64,000 bases of DNA from a virus, in IMG/VR virus record IMGVR_UViG_3300042337_000526, positions 53,744-117,743 of that record, one strand, 5' to 3'. Shown here piece by piece: positions 37,405-45,139 of this stretch (positions within the stretch are counted from its first letter, which is position 1; every line of letters begins with the position of its first letter). A program made the position numbers and the translations under genes. The notes under the pieces were generated by a model. The model saw nothing but the letters and a program-made list of their open reading frames with translations, was not told the origin of the DNA and did no database searches.

Positions 37405-37983
37405 ATGGCTATAGCTACATCGGCAGGCGCTAATTACACAACACAACCAAACATCAATGGCAGCGGATCAAAGAACAACGGTGGTTCTGCTACCAGAGTC
37501 GGAACATCTGTAAAGTTAAACAATGTTGCAGTCAGCAAAGATACAACCGGAGTTGTTGGCTCAGTTGTTGTTGACGGAGCAGACACAGACAGAGCAGTTG
37601 ACGGCGGAACAATCGCCCACAATCACGTTAAGCCAATCTCTGCCAAAGTCACAACAGAGATCGCAGGATTAGCCAGCTCAGTTCTATCTAGCAGTGCTAA
37701 TAATCCAGCTCAATTAAGAGCCATCAATAAGGTTGAAAGTGTCAAGAGCAATGGAGTGGCCACAGCTATTAGAGCTGGTTACTTTAATATCTATACTGGT
37801 AGGTTCTCGACCAATCCAACACCAGTAACAGTTTATCCAACTGGAGTTCCAACAACTAACCAAGCATGGGTTGGCACTGACGATGCTGCCACACCAACCA
37901 GAAGTGCTCCTGGTGAACTTGTTTTCAGAACTGGTGCTAAGCTACCCGTTAGAGACAGAGACTATTCTGCCAAGAACGGCTGA
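37405..37983 (+). CDS. Putative abundant structural protein (A/T/G/V/S-rich)
   Basis: Monocistronic arrangement (motif, RBS cggag, ORF, strong terminator). Visibly more C-ending codons (aac, atc, gcc) than neighbouring genes. Confidence 0.75.
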   Translation: MAIATSAGANYTTQPNINGSGSKNNGGSATRVGTSVKLNNVAVSKDTTGVVGSVVVDGADTDRAVDGGTIAHNHVKPISAKVTTEIAGLASSVLSSSANNPAQLRAINKVESVKSNGVATAIRAGYFNIYTGRFSTNPTPVTVYPTGVPTTNQAWVGTDDAATPTRSAPGELVFRTGAKLPVRDRDYSAKNG

Positions 37984-38007
37984 TAGTAATAGAATAAAAT
38001 TTAAGTT

Positions 38008-38051
38008 AAAAGAGCAAAGCCAGCAATTATATTGTTGGCTTTTTGCTTTTT
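38008..38051 (+). terminator. Rho-independent terminator
   Basis: Stem AAAGCCAGCAAT (38016-38027) / loop TAT / ATTGTTGGCTTT (38031-38042), followed by TTGCTTTTT. Confidence 0.85.
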
Positions 38052-38068
38052 AGTGTATCTAATAATAC
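38052..38068 (+). promoter_or_regulatory. Putative late-promoter motif variant AGTGTA-TCTAATAATAC
   Basis: Immediately after the terminator and 25 nt before the ATG at 38093. Confidence 0.5.
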
Positions 38069-38092
38069 CACCACAATAAAAGGGTTTTAATT

Positions 38093-38413
38093 ATGAGTGA
38101 TACCATAGTTCACTTTTGGGAAAGCATAGCAACTACCAGTATTGGTATCATTATTACTATGATTGGTTTTTGGGTTGCAATAGGCAAAAATATGGCCACC
38201 AAATCAGAAGTTGCAGAAATGATAGAAACAAAATCCCCATATCTGCATGATAGACAATTTATCATGGAAAGACTAGCGGTAAACAAAGAGACCCAGGCCG
38301 CTTTAACAAACATGCTTCAGAGAAATACTGAAGTTATGAACGAACTAAAAATTCAAATAGCAACACTTGGTAAAACATTAGAAGCACTAGAAGAAAGAAT
38401 AGAAAGAACTTGA
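38093..38413 (+). CDS. Single-TM plus coiled-coil protein (holin/spanin-like architecture)
   Basis: TM segment IATTSIGIIITMIGFWVAIG followed by a heptad-rich C-terminus. Confidence 0.65.
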   Translation: MSDTIVHFWESIATTSIGIIITMIGFWVAIGKNMATKSEVAEMIETKSPYLHDRQFIMERLAVNKETQAALTNMLQRNTEVMNELKIQIATLGKTLEALEERIERT

Positions 38414-38421
38414 GGTAAAAT

Positions 38422-38613
38422 ATGGCAATTGATATTGAATTAGCAAATACTAATAATCCAATTAAAAACGGAACAACCGTAACTACTTGTTCATTCTCTG
38501 GTAATTTTAATACTATGAATACATATGTTAATAATAAACCAGTTATAACAGATATAGAATCAAAATATGATGAATTATTTGATGATGTTACATACTATAC
38601 ATTAGGAAACTAA
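38422..38613 (+). CDS. Small hypothetical protein
   Basis: 63-aa ORF with RBS gaggt. Confidence 0.6.
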   Translation: MAIDIELANTNNPIKNGTTVTTCSFSGNFNTMNTYVNNKPVITDIESKYDELFDDVTYYTLGN

Positions 38614-38615
38614 TT

Positions 38616-39851
38616 ATGGTTATTGATATACCGTCTCGTTATTTAATGAAATCTACCAGATCCACATATAGATTAAGTGGCACTCTGGACGGAAGACTGA
38701 CTAACGCTCAACTTCCAGAAACAGTAGAAGCAAGACTTTGCGTACTCAATGATACAGATTCTGTGCTATCTCAACAATTATTATATAATGGAGAACTAGC
38801 AGCCCCAACAGACAAAAATTATTTACGCAGAGGTGACGGTATTACCTCAGGGGGAACAATATTAGCAAATGGAAATACTTATATAGAGAACAACGTACCG
38901 TCTTCGCCGTCAATTATTGGTTTTACTACAAATGGTAGTGGGCTCGCTTCTTTTTCTTCTATTTCTGTTATTCCAAGTCAGAACTTTTATTTTCAGGTTA
39001 ACAATAGTGGAGAATTATTTAAATACGATGGATTATGGACAGGAGCCCTCAATTTTAGTGACGGATTTAGTACTATCGTATCTATTACAGTTAATAACGT
39101 TATTGGAGCAACCTCTGTTTCTTTTGCTAGTTATTCTAATTTAGTATCTGTTTCTATGCCATCTTTAAAGATTTGTACTGGCGATTTTAGAAATAACTCA
39201 TCATCGGCAAACCAAACAATTCTAGATTTACCGTCTTTAGTAGTAGTTGGAGGTGCTTTTCTTCCAAATGGTAATAATATTACAACATTGAATATTCCAT
39301 TACTTAAGAGTGTTGGATCAACTTTTGGTCCATCTGGAATGACCAATCTTGTTAATTTTAATATTTCATCATTAAAATATGTTATAGGATCATTCTCTCC
39401 TGGAGGATCTAGCATTTCTTTTAATAATATGAATAGTTTAATTACTATAAATGCTAGTTCCTTAGAATTTGTAGGATCAATATCTCTTGGGGCAATGTCT
39501 TCTTTAACAACAGTGAGTTTTCCATCATTAGTAACAGTTAATGGACTCATAAACATCACCTCGTCAGCAACAGGATCGAATCTTACTAATTTTAGCATAG
39601 GCTCTGGCTTAAAACACATAGGAGGAAATGTTACGATTACTGGTCAAAAGTTAACAGCAGCATCTATAGAAAATATATTAGTTAGATTAGCGGCTTTAGA
39701 CGGAACAAGCAGCACCATATCTTACGAAACTGGTCGCACAGTTAATCTTAGTGGCGGAACAAGTTCTGGGTTATCAGCCCTTACAACAAATGCCAGCAAT
39801 GCTAGGGCAACGTTACTAGCCAGAGGCGTTACAGTAACACTCAATGACTAG
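38616..39851 (+). CDS. Putative virion protein with receptor-L-domain-like leucine-rich beta-helix repeats
   Basis: Recurrent ~22-25-aa units: SMPSLKICTGDF, DLPSLVVVGGAF, NIPLLKSVGSTF, NISSLKYVIGSF, NASSLEFVGSI, SFPSLVTVNGLI. Confidence 0.7.
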   Translation: MVIDIPSRYLMKSTRSTYRLSGTLDGRLTNAQLPETVEARLCVLNDTDSVLSQQLLYNGELAAPTDKNYLRRGDGITSGGTILANGNTYIENNVPSSPSIIGFTTNGSGLASFSSISVIPSQNFYFQVNNSGELFKYDGLWTGALNFSDGFSTIVSITVNNVIGATSVSFASYSNLVSVSMPSLKICTGDFRNNSSSANQTILDLPSLVVVGGAFLPNGNNITTLNIPLLKSVGSTFGPSGMTNLVNFNISSLKYVIGSFSPGGSSISFNNMNSLITINASSLEFVGSISLGAMSSLTTVSFPSLVTVNGLINITSSATGSNLTNFSIGSGLKHIGGNVTITGQKLTAASIENILVRLAALDGTSSTISYETGRTVNLSGGTSSGLSALTTNASNARATLLARGVTVTLND

Positions 39852-39859
39852 GAGAATAT

Positions 39860-40045
39860 ATGAATAATAGTGAATCAGAAAATAGTTGGAGATTAATTTA
39901 TACAAATAATATGGTTTTAGATTTATTTGAAAGCGAAGGCATTACGTCTACTATATATAATTTATTTGTTTCAAAAAATAAACAAGACTGTTTAGATCAA
40001 ATATCTTCTTTAAATCTGTATTATAATAATGAAAATAATAGCTAA
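39860..40045 (+). CDS. Small hypothetical protein
   Basis: 61-aa ORF with RBS aggag; overlaps the next gene. Confidence 0.6.
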   Translation: MNNSESENSWRLIYTNNMVLDLFESEGITSTIYNLFVSKNKQDCLDQISSLNLYYNNENNS

Positions 40046-41225
40046 TACTAACAGTCCTAAAGTTTCAGTAACTAAAGCTTTTGATTTATTGTCTTTAGAC
40101 GCTATAGGTTCTATCAGAGCTATTGATACCCAAGGTTCTGTTACTTATTCGACAATTCAAGACAGAATTTATGCTTCTTATCCGAGCATAACTTGTGTTC
40201 GTGACTATCAAATGAATCTTATTACCATAGGTCAAAAACAAAACTCAAATGAAAATGTTGTTTGGTCATCGAGCAACACATCCGTAGCAACGATCAACTC
40301 TAATGGTTATGTTTCGCACGTATCTGATGGAAACTCCAACATAACTGCTTCTATAGGTGGAAAAACATTATCTAAAAATCTAACATTCTTAGTAATTAAT
40401 GCTGTAAATACGATATTTAGCGATTACGCCTCTTCTTCTTTAGCAAAATCTATTATTAGCACAATGGATTCAAGAATATCTGGTAAAGATCCGTCAACAA
40501 GCAAAAATATTTTTTCATTACAAAATCATGCTAATGGAATTTATACTCGGAATACACAATGCTGGGCACACGGCTTAGACTTGACTTGTTTTAGTCCGTG
40601 GAATTCATTAGGCGGACCACAAAGAGCCGGAACTCTTATAAGTCCTAGGCATATAATTTGCGCCGAACACTATCCTTTAGCTGTCGGCACCACCATTAGA
40701 TTCGTTCGTTTAGATAATACTGTTGTTACCAAAACCATAACGGCCATAGGGGATATATATAATACAGACATACAAATAGCACTATTAGACTCTGATGTTG
40801 GACCAGGAATATCTTTTGCTCAAATTTTACCAGAAAATTGGTATAACTATTTACCTTCTTTATACTCTAATCAAAGTCTTAATATTAATCGTGACTTTGC
40901 ATTGCCTGCGTTATGTTTAGACCAAGAAGAAAAAGCATTGAGACTCGACCTTGCTAGAATATCTTCTTCCCTCCGTAGTACCACTTATTATAAATCATTA
41001 AAACTTACAGATAGTGCATTTTATGAAGATATTATTGGTGGAGATAGTGGAAATCCAGCATTTTTAATAATTAATAATATATTAGTATTAACAAACACGT
41101 GGTATAATCCTGGATCAGGGCCTTTTGTTTCGTACTATAAATCGGAAATTAATAGTCTCATGTCTCAACTAGGAGGAAACTATCAGCTCACAGAGATTGA
41201 TCTTAGTTCATTTTCAACATATTAA
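40029..41225 (+). CDS. Ig-like (Big_2) domain plus trypsin-like serine protease
   Basis: VVWSSSNTSVATINSNGYVSHVSDGNSNITAS (Big_2); TLISPRHIICAEHY (His), DIQIALLD (Asp), GGDSGNP (Ser). Confidence 0.85.
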   Translation: MKIIANTNSPKVSVTKAFDLLSLDAIGSIRAIDTQGSVTYSTIQDRIYASYPSITCVRDYQMNLITIGQKQNSNENVVWSSSNTSVATINSNGYVSHVSDGNSNITASIGGKTLSKNLTFLVINAVNTIFSDYASSSLAKSIISTMDSRISGKDPSTSKNIFSLQNHANGIYTRNTQCWAHGLDLTCFSPWNSLGGPQRAGTLISPRHIICAEHYPLAVGTTIRFVRLDNTVVTKTITAIGDIYNTDIQIALLDSDVGPGISFAQILPENWYNYLPSLYSNQSLNINRDFALPALCLDQEEKALRLDLARISSSLRSTTYYKSLKLTDSAFYEDIIGGDSGNPAFLIINNILVLTNTWYNPGSGPFVSYYKSEINSLMSQLGGNYQLTEIDLSSFSTY

Positions 41226-41229
41226 TATT

Positions 41230-41246
41230 GGTGTAATAATAATTAT
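41230..41246 (+). promoter_or_regulatory. Putative late-promoter motif GGTGTA-ATAATAATTAT
   Basis: Intergenic, directly before RBS ggag and the ATG at 41258. Confidence 0.55.
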
Positions 41247-41257
41247 GGAGAAATATA

Positions 41258-41584
41258 ATGATTAAACCTGGTTATAGAACAAGTGAATTTTGGTTTACTT
41301 TAGTAAGTTTCATTTTTAGTGGAGCTTATTTATTTGGAGTATTAGATGACTTCAATCAAAAAGAAGATTTAATACAAGAAACAAGCAAAGGAGTAGAGGC
41401 AGTTATATTAATTATTGGTCAATTAACATTATTATTTAGATACATAAAAGGAAGAACAGATCTTAAAAAGACTTGGTGGGATACAGCAACTCCAGAAGAG
41501 AGAAAAACGGTCGTTAAAAGGAACTCTACTAAGTCTAAAGCTAAAAAGAAAGTTAAAAAACCAATTCAGCCCAAAGTTGAGTAG
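41258..41584 (+). CDS. Holin-like two-TM membrane protein
   Basis: N-terminal KPGYRTSEFW motif seen in phage holin-like proteins, two hydrophobic segments and a very basic C-tail. Confidence 0.6.
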   Translation: MIKPGYRTSEFWFTLVSFIFSGAYLFGVLDDFNQKEDLIQETSKGVEAVILIIGQLTLLFRYIKGRTDLKKTWWDTATPEERKTVVKRNSTKSKAKKKVKKPIQPKVE

Positions 41585-41596
41585 ACAGTCTTGGTC

Positions 41597-41615
41597 GGTG
41601 TATTATAATATATAG
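41597..41615 (+). promoter_or_regulatory. Putative late-promoter motif GGTGTA-TTATAATATATAG
   Basis: Intergenic, upstream of the ATG at 41642; contains the palindrome TATTATAATA. Confidence 0.6.
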
Positions 41616-41641
41616 GGCGTTTTTTCAAAAAGGATATTTTT

Positions 41642-42085
41642 ATGGTAGAAACAGCTTCAATAGACTCAATAAAAATTAAAATGAACGAATTCATGACTCA
41701 GGTTAAAATCTCTTTAGGGGAGGTTAAGTCTGTTGCCATATCTCAAGCTTGGAAAATTCTGCAACTTGCTGTTGCTCAAACCGTACAAATATTAGAGCAG
41801 AATTCAGCTAATTTAGCTGGTCCAGATAAAAAAGCTATGGCTATGGACTATTTATCAAAATTTTATGATAGTGTTTTTACCATCATTGACGTTCCTATGA
41901 TTCCAAACTTCATTCAACCAATTATTAGTAAATATGTAAAAGTATTTTTAATGGCACTAGTAAGTTCCAGTATTGATGCTATGGTCACCACATTCAGACA
42001 AGTTGGAGTCTTTAAAACACAACCATTAGTTTCACAATCTATCAAGTCCAACCCCAAAGTTAAAAGAGTGAGGAAAAAGAAATGA
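41642..42085 (+). CDS. Hypothetical helical/amphipathic protein
   Basis: 147-aa ORF with RBS aagga and a basic C-tail. Confidence 0.7.
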   Translation: MVETASIDSIKIKMNEFMTQVKISLGEVKSVAISQAWKILQLAVAQTVQILEQNSANLAGPDKKAMAMDYLSKFYDSVFTIIDVPMIPNFIQPIISKYVKVFLMALVSSSIDAMVTTFRQVGVFKTQPLVSQSIKSNPKVKRVRKKK

Positions 42086-42465
42086 ATTACACAGAAAGTT
42101 TTGAGCAATTTGCTAGCAGAGTAACACCAACAGATCTAGCCCTATATGCTGGGGCAGGAATTATCCTATGGATCCTATTCAAGGATAAACTAAGTCCAGT
42201 ACAAAAATTCCTAGGAGACTTGGTTGGTGGATTAAAATCAAAACTTAACAATGGATCATCAGTTGTTCCTGTTGTTGTTCCAGACGTTGCTCCTGTTGCA
42301 GTAACTAAAGAGACAAAAGAGGACAACTTTTTCAAATTAGTAGTTTCTTGGAAACAAACTAGAGATTTAGCAGTTAAGAGCGGATGTGATGAGGCCGTTA
42401 AGGTTGCTGATCAAATGTTTCCATTCTTAAGCCCAACCGTTTGCTCAAAGGAAAAAAGTGTATGA
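42082..42465 (+). CDS. Membrane-anchored hypothetical protein
   Basis: TM DLALYAGAGIILWILF; ATGA overlaps at both ends. Confidence 0.7.
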   Translation: MNYTESFEQFASRVTPTDLALYAGAGIILWILFKDKLSPVQKFLGDLVGGLKSKLNNGSSVVPVVVPDVAPVAVTKETKEDNFFKLVVSWKQTRDLAVKSGCDEAVKVADQMFPFLSPTVCSKEKSV

Positions 42466-42962
42466 ATCCCAAACTTAAAACAGGACTTTTAATACTCGCT
42501 CTTGCATTATTAGGAATTGGTATACTAAAACCAGACTTTGGCTCCTTTAATAATCCAGTATCTCCTTCGGCCGTTATTGAATTGGACGTTAAGGAACCAG
42601 AATCAGTAGAACTCAAAGAAAAAGCAGATGCTGTGATTAAGGCGCTATCTGTTGACTCTGATCGTAAAACTGACGGTTTGAGATTAGCTTATTTATATAA
42701 TGATATGGCAACTTTAGTAGGTCTTGATGGAGACAGTGAAGTTATTAAGAATACTGAAGAAATTAGACAAGCTAATAGACTAGCTGGTTTAATGTTAAGA
42801 TTAGATATTAAGGGTAAGTATGAAGATCTACCAGAAGCTGCTCAGGCTTTAGTATTAACAGCAATTGGTGACGATAATGTTCTATTAAATAAAGACCTTA
42901 GAGATAAAGCTGTTGAGGGTTTCAAAGCTTTGTCCTGGGCCTGTTTACAAGGAAGCAAATAA
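42462..42962 (+). CDS. N-terminally anchored/secreted helical protein
   Basis: MNPKLKTGLLILALALLGIGIL signal/anchor; ATG 42462 overlaps the upstream TGA (track 42441). Confidence 0.7.
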   Translation: MNPKLKTGLLILALALLGIGILKPDFGSFNNPVSPSAVIELDVKEPESVELKEKADAVIKALSVDSDRKTDGLRLAYLYNDMATLVGLDGDSEVIKNTEEIRQANRLAGLMLRLDIKGKYEDLPEAAQALVLTAIGDDNVLLNKDLRDKAVEGFKALSWACLQGSK

Positions 42963-43888
42963 TGCCAAGACTTTCACCACAAGAGTTATATGATAATTAT
43001 CGCAAAGGTTTTAGTGGATGTTTGTGGGAGCAGCACATATTTGATGAATTAATGCAAAATAGCAAATATCCATTATTTGGAGCTGCTAGCAAAAAAATTA
43101 AGAGTAGTGGTAAGGGCAAATTATCAACCCCATATAAGAGTGTGTTAAAGTTTGACAAAAGTCCTTATAATGAAAGACAAACTACTGGAGATTGTGTGAG
43201 TCATGGAACACGAAATGCTTGTGATGTTAGTCGAGCAGTAGAAATAGATGTTCATGGACAAAAAGAAGCTTGGATAGCAAGAGGAGCAACAGAAGCTATT
43301 TATGGTGCTCGTGGTCATGGTGGAGAAGGAATGAGTTGCTCTAGGGCTGCTGAGTTTGTTAGTAAGAATGGTGGCATACTACTAAGACAAAATTATAAGG
43401 GAGTAGCCGACTTTACTAAATATAATGGTAATCTAGGAGCCGGTTGGGGAGGAAGAGGATTACCAGATAAGGTTATTGATGCAGCTAATGACCATCAAAT
43501 TAAAACAACCAGTTTAATAAAAACAGTAGAAGAAGCAAGAGACGCTTTAGCTAATGGTTATGGCTTAGCAGTATGTTCTAGTTATGGATTTTCTAATAAA
43601 AGAGACAAGAAGGGCATTGCAAATACTAGTGGAAGCTGGGCTCATTGCATGGCTTGGATAGCATGTGACGATACTGGTAGTGAGCCATTATTCTTAGTTC
43701 AAAATAGTTGGGGCAAATGGAATGATGGAGGTCATCCAGAATGGGGGCCTATACCAGACGGTAGTTTTTTAATACGAGCCGACGTAGCAGCAGGGATGCT
43801 TTCACAAAATGGAAGTTATGCGTTTAGTAATTTTGACGGATTCCCTGTACAAAAGCTACCATCTTACGGTTTCGAAGACTATCTATAA
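42962..43888 (+). CDS. Papain-like (C1-type) cysteine peptidase
   Basis: RQTTGDCVSHG (oxyanion Gln plus catalytic Cys), WAHCMAWIA (His), LVQNSWGKW (Asn). Confidence 0.85.
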   Translation: MPRLSPQELYDNYRKGFSGCLWEQHIFDELMQNSKYPLFGAASKKIKSSGKGKLSTPYKSVLKFDKSPYNERQTTGDCVSHGTRNACDVSRAVEIDVHGQKEAWIARGATEAIYGARGHGGEGMSCSRAAEFVSKNGGILLRQNYKGVADFTKYNGNLGAGWGGRGLPDKVIDAANDHQIKTTSLIKTVEEARDALANGYGLAVCSSYGFSNKRDKKGIANTSGSWAHCMAWIACDDTGSEPLFLVQNSWGKWNDGGHPEWGPIPDGSFLIRADVAAGMLSQNGSYAFSNFDGFPVQKLPSYGFEDYL

Positions 43889-43918
43889 TATAGTGGTCTA
43901 AAAGCTAACCTTAAGTTT

Positions 43919-43936
43919 GGTGTATTATATTTATAC
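43919..43936 (+). promoter_or_regulatory. Putative late-promoter motif GGTGTA-TTATATTTATAC inside an imperfect inverted repeat
   Basis: Intergenic before the ATG at 43952. GGTGTA can pair with TATACC; outer arms TAACCTTAAG / TTTAGGGTTA. Confidence 0.55.
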
Positions 43937-43951
43937 CTTTAGGGTTATATT

Positions 43952-44146
43952 ATGAAACTTTTAGATAGAATCGCTTTAAATAATTTATTACGAATAATAA
44001 GAGAACTTATTATACGAATGGTTGACTTTTTTGAAAAGCAAAAAAAAACAGTCAAACCAGTACCAAAACCAAATCCCAATAGACCTCGCCCTTTGAAAAA
44101 TATTATAGACCTGATACCTGTTCCATGGAGAACAAAAGATGAATAA
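43952..44146 (+). CDS. Small basic, Pro-rich hypothetical protein
   Basis: 64-aa ORF overlapping the next gene. Confidence 0.6.
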   Translation: MKLLDRIALNNLLRIIRELIIRMVDFFEKQKKTVKPVPKPNPNRPRPLKNIIDLIPVPWRTKDE

Positions 44147-44486
44147 AATACTATTACCAATTTTAGCAGTTGCTATGATATTTGGGTCATATGGATATCA
44201 TGGGTCAACAACTTCTGCAGTAACTCTTGTGGGTGGTATTGTTAAAGCTCAACATACTGAAAGTGTGAAAAAATACAAAAGAAAAGACTGTTTAATATGC
44301 AAAGGTAAAGGATACTATATTAGTGGTGACGGTATCGAAAAAGTTAATTGTGGATATTGTATTCCTGATAAGGGTGAGACTCCAAAAAATCAATCACCAA
44401 GTACATATCCAAAAGTTATTGTTCATCCTCCGGTAACTGTTCAACAAAATTGCCCAAATGGCGTTTGTCCAATCCCTAAAAAATAA
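44139..44486 (+). CDS. Secreted protein with DnaJ-like CxxCxGxG zinc motif and CPNGVCP tail
   Basis: Signal MNKILLPILAVAMIFGS; CLICKGKG...VNCGYC; terminal NCPNGVCP. Confidence 0.7.
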   Translation: MNKILLPILAVAMIFGSYGYHGSTTSAVTLVGGIVKAQHTESVKKYKRKDCLICKGKGYYISGDGIEKVNCGYCIPDKGETPKNQSPSTYPKVIVHPPVTVQQNCPNGVCPIPKK

Positions 44487-44496
44487 AGGTATAAAA

Positions 44497-44895
44497 ATGG
44501 ACGATAATCTTAGAGAAAAATTAAAGGCTATAGCAGAAAAAGTATTAAAACAAGCAAACGTACCAAATGATGAAAAATTTGGTAGTGTTATTGCTATACT
44601 GATGATGATTAGTATTATACTAACCGTAATTAGAGTATTACAAGAATGTAATAAAAATAAAACGCAAGGTATGACATCAGAAAATAAACAATCACTCTAT
44701 GCTGAAAATATTAAATCTTATAGTAAAAAACGAGGTTGGTTTACTAGACTAAGAATAAAAAGAATTCTTAAAAGAGAACTCACCTCAGAAGAATATAATA
44801 AATACGGTATCAAATTAACAGAAGCATTGTTAGATATAGGAGAAACCCTCAAGGATGATGAAGTAGCAACTCTAATGGAGGCAGCAAATGTTTAG
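44497..44895 (+). CDS. Single-TM hypothetical protein
   Basis: TM FGSVIAILMMISIILTVIRVL; ATG 44497 follows RBS aaggt (track 44458). Confidence 0.7.
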   Translation: MDDNLREKLKAIAEKVLKQANVPNDEKFGSVIAILMMISIILTVIRVLQECNKNKTQGMTSENKQSLYAENIKSYSKKRGWFTRLRIKRILKRELTSEEYNKYGIKLTEALLDIGETLKDDEVATLMEAANV

Positions 44896-45139
44896 TATAT
44901 TAATCTGGTGTGTATATGGTATTTTTGTTGGCGGCATAGCAAAAGCTATAGTCCCAGGGGAAGAAAATTTTGGTTTTGTAAAAACAGTAGCACTAGGAGT
45001 ATGTGGCTCCTATATGGGTGGCGCACTATTATACTTACTGGGCAAGTATGAATCGGTGTCTCCTGCTGGATTGTTCATGGGGGTCGCCGGTGCTGTTTTA
45101 GCATTGGTGCTTTATAACAAACTACAACAAAAAACCTAA
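44888..45139 (+). CDS. GlsB/YeaQ/YmgE (transglycosylase-associated) membrane protein
   Basis: MFSILIWCVYGIFVGGIAKAIVPG...TVALGVCGSYMGG...SPAGLFMGVAGAVLALVLY matches the family pattern. Confidence 0.85.
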   Translation: MFSILIWCVYGIFVGGIAKAIVPGEENFGFVKTVALGVCGSYMGGALLYLLGKYESVSPAGLFMGVAGAVLALVLYNKLQQKT

